Assembly: GCA_964554365.1 (NCBI GenBank)
Contig: CAZKOJ010000004.1
Coordinates: 469-64,468, forward strand
DNA from: an uncultured Clostridium sp.
Lineage (GTDB): Bacteria; Bacillota; Clostridia; Clostridiales; Clostridiaceae
DNA: 64,000 nucleotides
Reading direction: 5' to 3'
Below, one piece after another: positions 49,863 through 58,322 of the stretch. The notes beneath the pieces were generated by a model. The model ran no database searches. It was not told the origin of the DNA and saw nothing but the letters and a program-made list of their open reading frames with translations. Numbering within the stretch: the first letter of the stretch is position 1; each line of letters begins with the position of its first letter. The translations under genes were made by a program, and so were the position numbers.

Positions 49863-50927
49863 ATGAAGAGAGTTGATGAAAGAGATACAATGTTTGCCAG
49901 GGCTAACTACGAAAAAGGGAGCAAGGCTTATGAGGATTATTATAAAAGAAATCCTCATAAAAAAGCTATTGATGATAGCATAAGAACTAGACCTAATCTC
50001 TGCAGTGATGGTACCATGAGTTATAATAAATTAAACTCTCCTATGGCAAGTTGTGCATTTGATTTTTTAGCAGATATAAAACATTTATGTGAAGGTAATG
50101 TGAATCCAATAAAAGTTCGAGGAAACAAAAAAATTATAACTAAAAGAATAAAAGGACTCACTAAGAAATATGGCGCAAAATTAGTGGGAATAACAGAGCT
50201 TAAAGATTATCATTTTTATACTAATAGAGGTAGACATGAAGAAGTCTATGGAGAAGAAATAAAACTAGAACATAAGTATGGAATAGTTTTTGCAGTTGAA
50301 ATGGATAAAGATATGATAAATAGAGGCCCTATGCTTCCAGAGGTTATAGAAACATCTAAATGTTATGTAGATGTTTCTATAATAGGTATGATACTTAGCT
50401 ATTATATACGAAGCTTAGGTTATGAAGCTAGAAATCATATGGATGCAAATTATTTGCTTATGCCTGTTTTAGTAGCTAAGGATGCTGGACTTGGAGAGAT
50501 AGGTAGAAATAATTTACTTACTACTAAAGAATATGGATCTAGAGTTAGGCTTGGAGTTGTAAACACAAATTTAGAACTTGAAGTTGATGAGCCTATATCT
50601 TTTGGGCTTGAAAGTTTTTGTAGACTTTGCAAAAACTGTGCATTAACATGTCCTTCTGAATCCATATCTAAGGAAACAGAAAATGAAACCAATGGCAATT
50701 TCAATTGGGTCACAGAACAAGAAACATGTTATATTAAATGGAGACAGATTGGCACTGATTGTGGTATTTGTATAGCTAGTTGCCCTTTTAGTCAGGAGAT
50801 GGAATCTATAAAAAATATAGATACTTTTAAGGAAAATGATGTCCTTATATCAACTGTTCTTGGTGAATTTAGAAAAAAATATGGCAAAAGACCTTTTGTA
50901 CCAGGCAATCCTGATTGGTTACGCTAA
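49863..50927 (+). CDS. Reductive dehalogenase / epoxyqueuosine reductase-like cobalamin and 2x[4Fe-4S] protein without Tat signal
   Basis: YGAKLVGI, YIRSLGYEA, AGLGEIGRNN, GSRVRLG, DEPISFG..FCRLCKNCALTCPS, CGICIASCPF. Confidence 0.75.
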   Translation: MKRVDERDTMFARANYEKGSKAYEDYYKRNPHKKAIDDSIRTRPNLCSDGTMSYNKLNSPMASCAFDFLADIKHLCEGNVNPIKVRGNKKIITKRIKGLTKKYGAKLVGITELKDYHFYTNRGRHEEVYGEEIKLEHKYGIVFAVEMDKDMINRGPMLPEVIETSKCYVDVSIIGMILSYYIRSLGYEARNHMDANYLLMPVLVAKDAGLGEIGRNNLLTTKEYGSRVRLGVVNTNLELEVDEPISFGLESFCRLCKNCALTCPSESISKETENETNGNFNWVTEQETCYIKWRQIGTDCGICIASCPFSQEMESIKNIDTFKENDVLISTVLGEFRKKYGKRPFVPGNPDWLR

Positions 50928-51078
50928 ATGCTATGGATAAAACTATGTTTAAGGTTAAAAAGGATGGTATAGATCAACAATCTATATTAAAATAATTATT
51001 AGGGAAAGAAGTCGTTTATAGTATTCGAAAAAGTTTAGATGAAGTTATAAGTATATAAAAATAAAAGAATAGAGGGAA

Positions 51079-51471
51079 ATGTATAATATGGCGAATGAGT
51101 ATTTAAAAAAACATATAATTGAAATTGTGAATAATCAATTAAGAGATAATGAGCCTAAGTGCACAAGGGAAACCTTTGATCGATTAATAACTTTGGAATA
51201 TACTGAAAACCAATCTAAGGAAATGATTGAGTATGTTTTAACTGAGGAAATTCAAGAGGTTATGAAAAATCAAGAAACATATAATGAAGAGAGTTATATA
51301 AAAAAGTTATCTATGCTTCCTGAATATTTTCATGAAAAAAGTAGCAAAGAAAAAAAGTGTAATGAGGTAGAAATAATACAAAATACTATTGTAAATGGAA
51401 ATAAAGTAGGAAGGAACGAATCATGTCCATGTGGCAGTGGAAAAAAGTACAAGAAATGTTGTGGTAAGTAA
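51079..51471 (+). CDS. SEC-C motif domain protein
   Basis: C-terminal [21 protein letters not shown]. Confidence 0.85.
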   Translation: MYNMANEYLKKHIIEIVNNQLRDNEPKCTRETFDRLITLEYTENQSKEMIEYVLTEEIQEVMKNQETYNEESYIKKLSMLPEYFHEKSSKEKKCNEVEIIQNTIVNGNKVGRNESCPCGSGKKYKKCCGK

Positions 51472-51480
51472 TATCTACAG

Positions 51481-51585
51481 GAAAAAGTGATATTTATTTT
51501 GAGGATGTATAGAAAAGTCAGGTGAAAACCATAGGATTACCAAGGTCACCTGGCCTTTATTATTTTTAGAAGAATTAAATAAATA
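51481..51585 (+). repeat. Decayed second copy of the 49736-49835 element, probably acting as a terminator
   Basis: AAAAAGTGAT.TTTAT.TTGAG..GTATA.AAAAGTCAGGTG..CCATA.GATTAC.AA.GTCACCTGGC.TTTATT; uORF ATG>ATT and TGG>TGA. Confidence 0.7.
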
Positions 51586-51612
51586 GGCATGTAGAATATA
51601 TTAGAAAATCAG

Positions 51613-51666
51613 TTGACTTTTTCCGTTTACGGATGTAATATAAAATTAAATATTACATCTGTAAAC
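51613..51666 (+). promoter_or_regulatory. Sigma-A promoter with two BlaI-type boxes
   Basis: TTGACT(51613)-17 bp-TAATAT(51636); TACGgaTGTA (51628) and TACAtcTGTA (51654) inside a 16-bp inverted repeat. Confidence 0.8.
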
Positions 51667-51689
51667 AGAAATGAGAGGAGAATTTATAT

Positions 51690-52076
51690 ATGAATAAAAT
51701 TCCTAGTATTTCAGATGCTGAATTAGAAATTATGAAAATAATATGGAAAAACGCTCATATAACTGCAAACAATATTGTAGAACAGCTCCAAAATAAAACT
51801 GAATGGAAACCGAATACTGTAAAAACCCTAATTAATAGATTACTAAAAAAGAATGTCCTTGGTTTTAATAAGGAAGGCAAAGAATATTATTATTATGCAT
51901 TAGTAGAAGAAGAAAGCTATATAAATGCAGAAAGTAATTCTTTCCTTAAGAAACTATTTAATGGTTCTATTAATTCTATGATGTTAAATTTTGTTAATAG
52001 TAAAAAGTTATCTAACAAGGAAATTGAGGAACTAAAAGATATTTTGAATAAAGCAGGCAAACAAGAAGGTGATTAA
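51690..52076 (+). CDS. BlaI/MecI/CopY family repressor
   Basis: ISDAELEIMKIIW...WKPNTVKTLINRLLKK...YYYYAL. Confidence 0.92.
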   Translation: MNKIPSISDAELEIMKIIWKNAHITANNIVEQLQNKTEWKPNTVKTLINRLLKKNVLGFNKEGKEYYYYALVEEESYINAESNSFLKKLFNGSINSMMLNFVNSKKLSNKEIEELKDILNKAGKQEGD

Positions 52077-52079
52077 TAT

Positions 52080-54224
52080 ATGTTAAAGTTGATGGACACT
52101 CTTTTTATTATGTCCCTTAAGGGAAGTGTATTAGTGATATTAATACTTTTAATAAAAACAACATTTAAGAATAGACTGAATACTAAATTTCATTATTATA
52201 TATGGTTTCTTTTGATAGTAAAGCTTATCATACCCTATGGACCTGAAAGCAGTTTCAGTGTATTTAACATATTTAATCCTATAATGGAGAAAAAAATAAT
52301 TTACAATAATGATAACTTTAAAATACCTAAAGTACCCAGTTCAATAAATACAGTTAAAAATGTAGAAACTGTTAGAACAGTAAAATTAGATGATACTAAA
52401 AATACTCCAGCTTTAAGTAAAAAAATAAATTATGAAAATATACTGCTTTATATATGGTTATCAGGAATAATAGTTTTAATAGCTTCCATATTACTTAGTA
52501 TTAGGAAAATTGAAATTATAAAGAAAGCAGCAGTAAGTAGAGAACTACCTAATTTTAACAGAATACTAAATGATTATATAAAGGTAATGAATGTAAGGGA
52601 AAAGGTGTTATTAAGGTATACAGATAAAATAGACAGTCCATGCTTGTATGGATTAATTAAACCTGTAATCTTTATACCTATAAATACAGCAGAAAGGATT
52701 TCCGAGGATGAATTTAAGTATATTATAATCCATGAACTTTCTCATTTAAAAAGAAAAGATATACTTATTAAGTGGATTACAATAATTTTAAATATTATCT
52801 ACTGGTTTAATCCTGTAATACGGTATGGCTTTTACAAAATGAGTGACGATTGCGAAGTTTCTTGTGATGATTATGCTCTTAAATATTTAAATAATAATGA
52901 AAATATAGATTATGGGAATGCAATTATAAAAGTATTAGAATTAGGGCATAAACGGAATGCATTAATTGCTACAACGTCTATGATTATAAATAAGTCTGAA
53001 ATAAAAAGGAGGATTATTATGATATCAAAGTATAAAAGAGTTTCTATGAAAAGTATAATATGTGGTGTTTTAGTTATTATCACTGCTGCTGCAGTGGGTT
53101 TAACCAGTAATATTTCTAAAGTTAAAGCTAATGACAAGTCCAAGGGTATTATTTCTAATACTACTAAGGTTTTATCAGACAAAATCACATTTAAAGATAA
53201 AAATTTAGAAGCTGTGGTAAGAGCTAAAATAAATAAGCCTAATGGAGATATATTAAAAAGTGATACAGCTAAGATTGAAGAACTTAGTGTAAACTATACA
53301 ACCATAAAAGATGCCAGAATGAATTATTTAAAAGAAAATATATCAGAAGATGAATATATGAAGAACTATAAGGAGTTAGCTTCTTTAGAGGGTCTAGAGT
53401 ATTTCACAAACATTAAGAGTCTTAACTTAGCCTTAAGCTTTGCAGATGATATATCCCCGCTAAAAAATTTAACAAATTTAAAAAACCTTAATATATCAAG
53501 AAATTATAGAATGAAGAATAAAGATATATCGACTTTGAGTGGATTGATAAACCTAGAAAATTTAGACATATCATCCAATGGAATAAAAGACTTAAGTCCT
53601 TTAAAAAATATGAAGAAGTTAAAAGTGTTAAACTTATATTCTGATGCAGTGACAGATTTAAGTCCTATTAAGAATTTAATTCAAATTGAAGAAATAAACT
53701 TAAGTGGAAGTTCAAGAGATGGCTATAATAGTGTAAAAGATATTTCTATTCTTAAAAGCTTCAAAAATCTTAAAAAGTTAGATATTAGCTACAATCCTAT
53801 TAATAAAAAATCTATAGATGATTTAAAAAAATCTGTTCCAAATTGTTATATAGTAAATGATAATGCAAAAGAAGATTATATTATTTCAACAGACTTTGAA
53901 ATGAAGGAGTTAGATTTCAAAGGTTATGAAAAACGTTATAGTGGTAACTTTGAAAAGAATATATATAGTGCTCAATTTGAAACCTTCAATGGAACAGAAT
54001 TATATGAGATAAAGGCTAGTAAACCCACTTACAATATGAAAATTAGTTCAAATATTAAAAGTGGAAATTTAGCTATAAAAGTTTATGATGGCGAAAAGGT
54101 ATTATTTGAAAAAAATAATCCAGTAAATGAGACCATAACAATATCCAATAAGCTTGCTGGAAGTATAAGCCTTGAATGCGTAGGTAAAAAAGCTAATGGC
54201 AGCTTCAAAATTGATTTAAATTAA
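52080..54224 (+). CDS. M56 (BlaR1-type) signal transducer with an extracellular internalin-like leucine-rich-repeat domain
   Basis: SPCLYGLIKP, IHELSH, YWFNP, CEVSCD; FKDKNLE cap followed by LEGLEYFTNIKSLNL / ISPLKNLTNLKNLNIS-type LRRs. Confidence 0.88.
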   Translation: MLKLMDTLFIMSLKGSVLVILILLIKTTFKNRLNTKFHYYIWFLLIVKLIIPYGPESSFSVFNIFNPIMEKKIIYNNDNFKIPKVPSSINTVKNVETVRTVKLDDTKNTPALSKKINYENILLYIWLSGIIVLIASILLSIRKIEIIKKAAVSRELPNFNRILNDYIKVMNVREKVLLRYTDKIDSPCLYGLIKPVIFIPINTAERISEDEFKYIIIHELSHLKRKDILIKWITIILNIIYWFNPVIRYGFYKMSDDCEVSCDDYALKYLNNNENIDYGNAIIKVLELGHKRNALIATTSMIINKSEIKRRIIMISKYKRVSMKSIICGVLVIITAAAVGLTSNISKVKANDKSKGIISNTTKVLSDKITFKDKNLEAVVRAKINKPNGDILKSDTAKIEELSVNYTTIKDARMNYLKENISEDEYMKNYKELASLEGLEYFTNIKSLNLALSFADDISPLKNLTNLKNLNISRNYRMKNKDISTLSGLINLENLDISSNGIKDLSPLKNMKKLKVLNLYSDAVTDLSPIKNLIQIEEINLSGSSRDGYNSVKDISILKSFKNLKKLDISYNPINKKSIDDLKKSVPNCYIVNDNAKEDYIISTDFEMKELDFKGYEKRYSGNFEKNIYSAQFETFNGTELYEIKASKPTYNMKISSNIKSGNLAIKVYDGEKVLFEKNNPVNETITISNKLAGSISLECVGKKANGSFKIDLN

Positions 54225-54275
54225 GAAGCTTATAATAAAAAAAGAGTAAGTAAAATATTTTCAGGTAAAAACAAG

Positions 54276-54313
54276 AAAAGGCCGCCAGCAAATACCATGC
54301 AGGCAGGCCTTTT
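54276..54313. terminator. Bidirectional terminator
   Basis: AAAAGGCC.GCC.GCA / TGCAGGCAGGCCTTTT between convergent genes. Confidence 0.65.
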
Positions 54314-54320
54314 ATGTACT

Positions 54321-55577
54321 TTATTTATTTATAATAATAGGGTGTATACTTTCTGAGGTAAGAGAGTTTAAAACTTCACTTGCAGAATAATAATTATTCT
54401 TACCGCTTGGAGAACCATCCAAACCAATTACATTACTGTTAAAGGAATCATATATTTCAAAATAAGTTTTACCGTCTACTACCTTGTAACCTTTTATAAC
54501 AACGGTGTATGTAGTTCCTTCAACTACATGAAAACGTCCTATTTTGGTTGTAGAACTATTATTATAATTTATATATTGAGGATTTAAGTTGACTATAAGT
54601 ATATTTCCATTTTTAAGTTGCTTTTTTAATGAATCCTCACTTATATCATTACATGAACTATAATTTATATTTGAACTTTTTAAATAAGAAGTAATATTAC
54701 TAATACTCCAAGCTAGTCCAGTATTTTCATAGGTATCTCTTATATCCGCTACTGATTTATTTAAGGAAGAATTTGTCCATTTAATAGCCATAGCAACAGC
54801 AGCAGGCCCTGAATTTACATTTGAATGTTTTCCAGTATTGTCTTGGGTAATATACCAATCAAAGCTTTTGTCGTTATTTACATATTCAGTTTCAGTTTTC
54901 CCTAATCCTAAAGAACTTACTTTTGACTTAATAGTAAAAGGCATAGTTGATGTATATTTCATCTTTAGACCATCATCGCTTTCTACACTGTCCCCAATAA
55001 TCAATTTATAAGTTTCCTCATAATTATAACCGTTATCCCATGGAAGGATAGTTACTGAGGAACCATCTATCAATACCTTGGTAGAAACAAAATTCCCTTT
55101 ATTATCTACAACTTTAAATTGATTTCGATTACTTTCTGTATCTTTTATTTTTTTGTTAAATTTAGTTTTCCACTGCTTAAGTTTATCTATGTTCTTTCTT
55201 TCATCTAAGTTCTTATATTCAGGTAATTTAGTAGTGGTGTCGGTTCCTTTGCTTGAATCTGATTTAGTAGTATCAGATGTATTTGTATCTAATTTTATAT
55301 ATTGCTTAGATACATAGCCGTAGGAAGAAGCAAATTTTATTTTATACCAGTCATTTGTAGTTTCTAATATCTCTATATTATCATCTAACTTTAAAGTACC
55401 TATAATTTTTGAACTTGCGTTAGATTCGCTTCTTACATTTAGTCCTTGCTTAGATAATACAATACCATGTAGTGGATTAGCAGCTTTACTTACATAAGTA
55501 GTTGCTAATATAGAACCAATAGTTAGTGAAATTGAAAGTATAATTGATATTATTTTTTTACTCTTCATTAAAGACAT
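54321..55577 (-). CDS. Secreted protein: SH3b, Ig-like and C39-like domains, catalytic Cys replaced by Ser
   Basis: Signal peptide ending SKA; LNVRSES...IIGTL...WYKIKF..YGYVS SH3b; WKTKFNKKI Ig-like; ITQ...NSGPAAVAMA...VIKGY...EIYDS. Confidence 0.75.
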   Translation of the reverse strand: MSLMKSKKIISIILSISLTIGSILATTYVSKAANPLHGIVLSKQGLNVRSESNASSKIIGTLKLDDNIEILETTNDWYKIKFASSYGYVSKQYIKLDTNTSDTTKSDSSKGTDTTTKLPEYKNLDERKNIDKLKQWKTKFNKKIKDTESNRNQFKVVDNKGNFVSTKVLIDGSSVTILPWDNGYNYEETYKLIIGDSVESDDGLKMKYTSTMPFTIKSKVSSLGLGKTETEYVNNDKSFDWYITQDNTGKHSNVNSGPAAVAMAIKWTNSSLNKSVADIRDTYENTGLAWSISNITSYLKSSNINYSSCNDISEDSLKKQLKNGNILIVNLNPQYINYNNSSTTKIGRFHVVEGTTYTVVIKGYKVVDGKTYFEIYDSFNSNVIGLDGSPSGKNNYYSASEVLNSLTSESIHPIIINK

Positions 55578-55951
55578 CTCCTTCTATATGGAAAGTTAAA
55601 TATATTTTGTGTTAATTTTCTATACTCATCTCTATATTAACACATATATAAGTAAAATTTATGAAAAAAATGTTAAATTAGTGACGAATTTGTTATTGAG
55701 TTAGATTAAAATGGATTTATGAATAAAGATGAGCATCATAACTATTCTAAAAGTATTAAGTGATATATTATTTATGTGAGTTTAATAAATTGTGAATAAA
55801 TTTTTTTGTATATAATAACAAATACCTTGTAATCAGTTAAAATACATAATATAATATATCATCTGGTAAATATCCATAGAAATCATAATGTTTTTATAAG
55901 GATGAGCTAGCATAATTAGATTTAACTTAAAAGTTAGAAAGAGGTAGTGAC

Positions 55952-58036
55952 ATGAAAAATATAAGTAGTAAAATTATAATAGCTATAATTATGTGCAGCA
56001 TAGGTATATCTTCTATTGTAGGAATTGTTTCACTTTTTATAGGAAATCAGGTTATTAACAAAGAAGCTACAGAAAAACTTGCTTATATGAGTGAAAGCAA
56101 TGCTAAGAAATTAAGTAGAAAATTTGAAATTTCAGAAGGTAGGATGAATGATTTATCTTTTGATGTACTTAGTACTTTTAATTTTGAAGAATTAAAGAAG
56201 GACCCTGAATATTTAAAAAAATATAAAGAATTTTTAACTCCAATAATAAAAAATTATTCGCAAAGTGATAAATCTTGTTTAGGGGTACATATATTTTTAA
56301 ATCCTGAGTTAACTGGACAAGCTAATGATATTTCCTTTGCAGATAGTAACAATAATGGAGTTTTTGAAATACAACCGGAAGTACCAAAAGAACAATATAA
56401 TACAGAAAATAAAAATATGTCATGGTATTATGAAGTTATAAAACAAAAAAAAGGGCTATGGTCTAATCCGCATACATCACCTATTAAGGATTTAAATGTA
56501 GTTTCTTATACAATCCCCATGTTTAAAGAGAATTTACTTATAGGGGTAGTTGGTTTAGATTTTAAATTTGACGATATTATAAAATTAGTAAAAGATATTA
56601 AAGTGTATAATACAGGATATGCTGTATTGTATAATGAGAGATATGATTATTTAGTACATCCTAATTTTACAATTAAGGATAACCTGGAAACAGTTAGTAA
56701 TGGTATTTATAAAAATATTTATGATGAAATTAAACAGAAGCAAAATGGAGTTGTTAAATATAAAAGTACAAATGGACAAGATAAAATACTTGGTTATGCT
56801 AAACTTTCAAATGGATGGGTATTAACTGTTGCGCCGCCTATAAAAGAGGTGTTTAGTGGGATAGAAAGATTAAAAACAATGATTTATATTATTATTGGAT
56901 TAGGAAGTGTTTTATCAATACTGATAGCTTTATATTTAGGTAGAAAAATTTCAAAACCTATTATTTTAGCTACTGATTTTGTAAATAATCTTTCTAAGTT
57001 TAATCTTTTATATGATATACCAGAAGAATCAAAAAAGTTTTCTGAAAATAAAGATGAAACAGGTGTAATGATTAGTGCTGTAATTAATCTAAAGAAAAAT
57101 TTGGTTGATATAACAGATAGGCTAAAAAATAGTTCTTGCGAAATTTTCAAATATTCTGAAGAATTATCTGGAACGTCAGAAAAAACTTTAATATCTATTG
57201 ATAGTGTTTCAGAAACAGTAGCTGAATTAGCAAAGGGGGCTGCACAACAAGCTGAGGATTCACAAGAAAGTGTAGAAAAACTTGAAGGCCTTGCAGAAGG
57301 AATAAATATTGTATCACAAAATTCAGAAAAGGCAAAAGAAAACTCTAATGAAACGAAAAAAATGAGCAAACAAGGATCTGAATCGCTTAGTATTCTTGTG
57401 GAAAAATTTAAAATAAATAATGAAGTAACAAATAAAATATCAGGTAATGTTGATAATTTAGCTAATAAATCAGGTTCTATAGGAAATATAGTAGATGCTA
57501 TAACAACCATTGCAGAGCAGACAAATTTACTTGCACTTAATGCAGCTATTGAAGCAGCGCGTGCCGGTGAATCTGGCAGGGGATTTGCTGTAGTAGCAGA
57601 TGAAATAAGAAAGTTAGCAGAACAAACTGCTGAATCCACAAAGGAAATAGCTTTTATTGTAAATGAAATACAGCAAGAAATAAGTGTAGCCCAAAATACT
57701 AGAGACGAGGGTAGAGATGCTGTAAATAAAGCAAATGCAGCTATGAGTGAGTCAGAAAAAGCTTTTGTATTAATTGAAAAATCTATTGATAATACTTTGA
57801 AACAAATAGGTAGTTTGGCAAATAACATTAAAAAAGTGGATGAGAATAAAGAAAAGGTAATAGGTTCGGTGCAAGCAATATCTGCTGTATCAGAAGAATC
57901 AGCAGCATGTACTGAAGAAGTATCTGCATCAATTGAAGAACAAACTAGATCTATTGATAATATAGCAAAAACAGCTCAAAAGCTTAATGATGTAGCTAAT
58001 AAAATGGATGATATAGTGAAAATGTTTAAAATATAG
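55952..58036 (+). CDS. Methyl-accepting chemotaxis protein (dCache-HAMP-MA)
   Basis: SWYY...GLWSNPH Cache motif; DETG HAMP; [37 protein letters not shown]. Confidence 0.95.
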   Translation: MKNISSKIIIAIIMCSIGISSIVGIVSLFIGNQVINKEATEKLAYMSESNAKKLSRKFEISEGRMNDLSFDVLSTFNFEELKKDPEYLKKYKEFLTPIIKNYSQSDKSCLGVHIFLNPELTGQANDISFADSNNNGVFEIQPEVPKEQYNTENKNMSWYYEVIKQKKGLWSNPHTSPIKDLNVVSYTIPMFKENLLIGVVGLDFKFDDIIKLVKDIKVYNTGYAVLYNERYDYLVHPNFTIKDNLETVSNGIYKNIYDEIKQKQNGVVKYKSTNGQDKILGYAKLSNGWVLTVAPPIKEVFSGIERLKTMIYIIIGLGSVLSILIALYLGRKISKPIILATDFVNNLSKFNLLYDIPEESKKFSENKDETGVMISAVINLKKNLVDITDRLKNSSCEIFKYSEELSGTSEKTLISIDSVSETVAELAKGAAQQAEDSQESVEKLEGLAEGINIVSQNSEKAKENSNETKKMSKQGSESLSILVEKFKINNEVTNKISGNVDNLANKSGSIGNIVDAITTIAEQTNLLALNAAIEAARAGESGRGFAVVADEIRKLAEQTAESTKEIAFIVNEIQQEISVAQNTRDEGRDAVNKANAAMSESEKAFVLIEKSIDNTLKQIGSLANNIKKVDENKEKVIGSVQAISAVSEESAACTEEVSASIEEQTRSIDNIAKTAQKLNDVANKMDDIVKMFKI

Positions 58037-58077
58037 TTAAGTTTAAATATGTAAAGTAGTTGTAAAATTGATATTAC

Positions 58078-58128
58078 ACTGCCCCCTAAGTATAATCTAT
58101 GGATTGTACTTGGGGGCAGTATTTTTTT
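58078..58128 (+). terminator. GC-rich hairpin terminator
   Basis: ACTGCCCCCTAAGTATAATC / GATTGTACTTGGGGGCAGT followed by ATTTTTTT. Confidence 0.7.
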
Positions 58129-58258
58129 AGGTTAACAACTACATAAACTTATTTCAATAATTAAAAAGTTTAAACAAAAGTAAAGTGAATTATATGTATG
58201 ATTTTTTTATGTTATAATAAAAGGATTGTAAAATTTAAATTAGGTAGCTGAAAGAGAA

Positions 58259-58304
58259 TAACACAAAATAGACCAGAATGCTGACTAGTTATTTTTTGAA
58301 GATG
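58259..58304 (+). repeat. Short dispersed repeat, copy 2 of 2
   Basis: TAACACAAAATAGACCAGAATGCTGACTAGTTATTTTTTGAAGATG. Confidence 0.75.
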
Positions 58305-58322
58305 CCTTAATAGGGAGAAAAT

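Noticed and set aside
50933-51058. Short ORF MDKTMFKVKKDGIDQQSILK*
   Set aside because: Only 20 codons, no clear RBS or motif; at most a gene remnant.
56884-57828. 314-aa antisense ORF (also 41435-41833 and other short antisense ORFs in the track)
   Set aside because: They lie opposite well-supported genes such as MCP signalling domains, lack family motifs, and are typical shadow ORFs.
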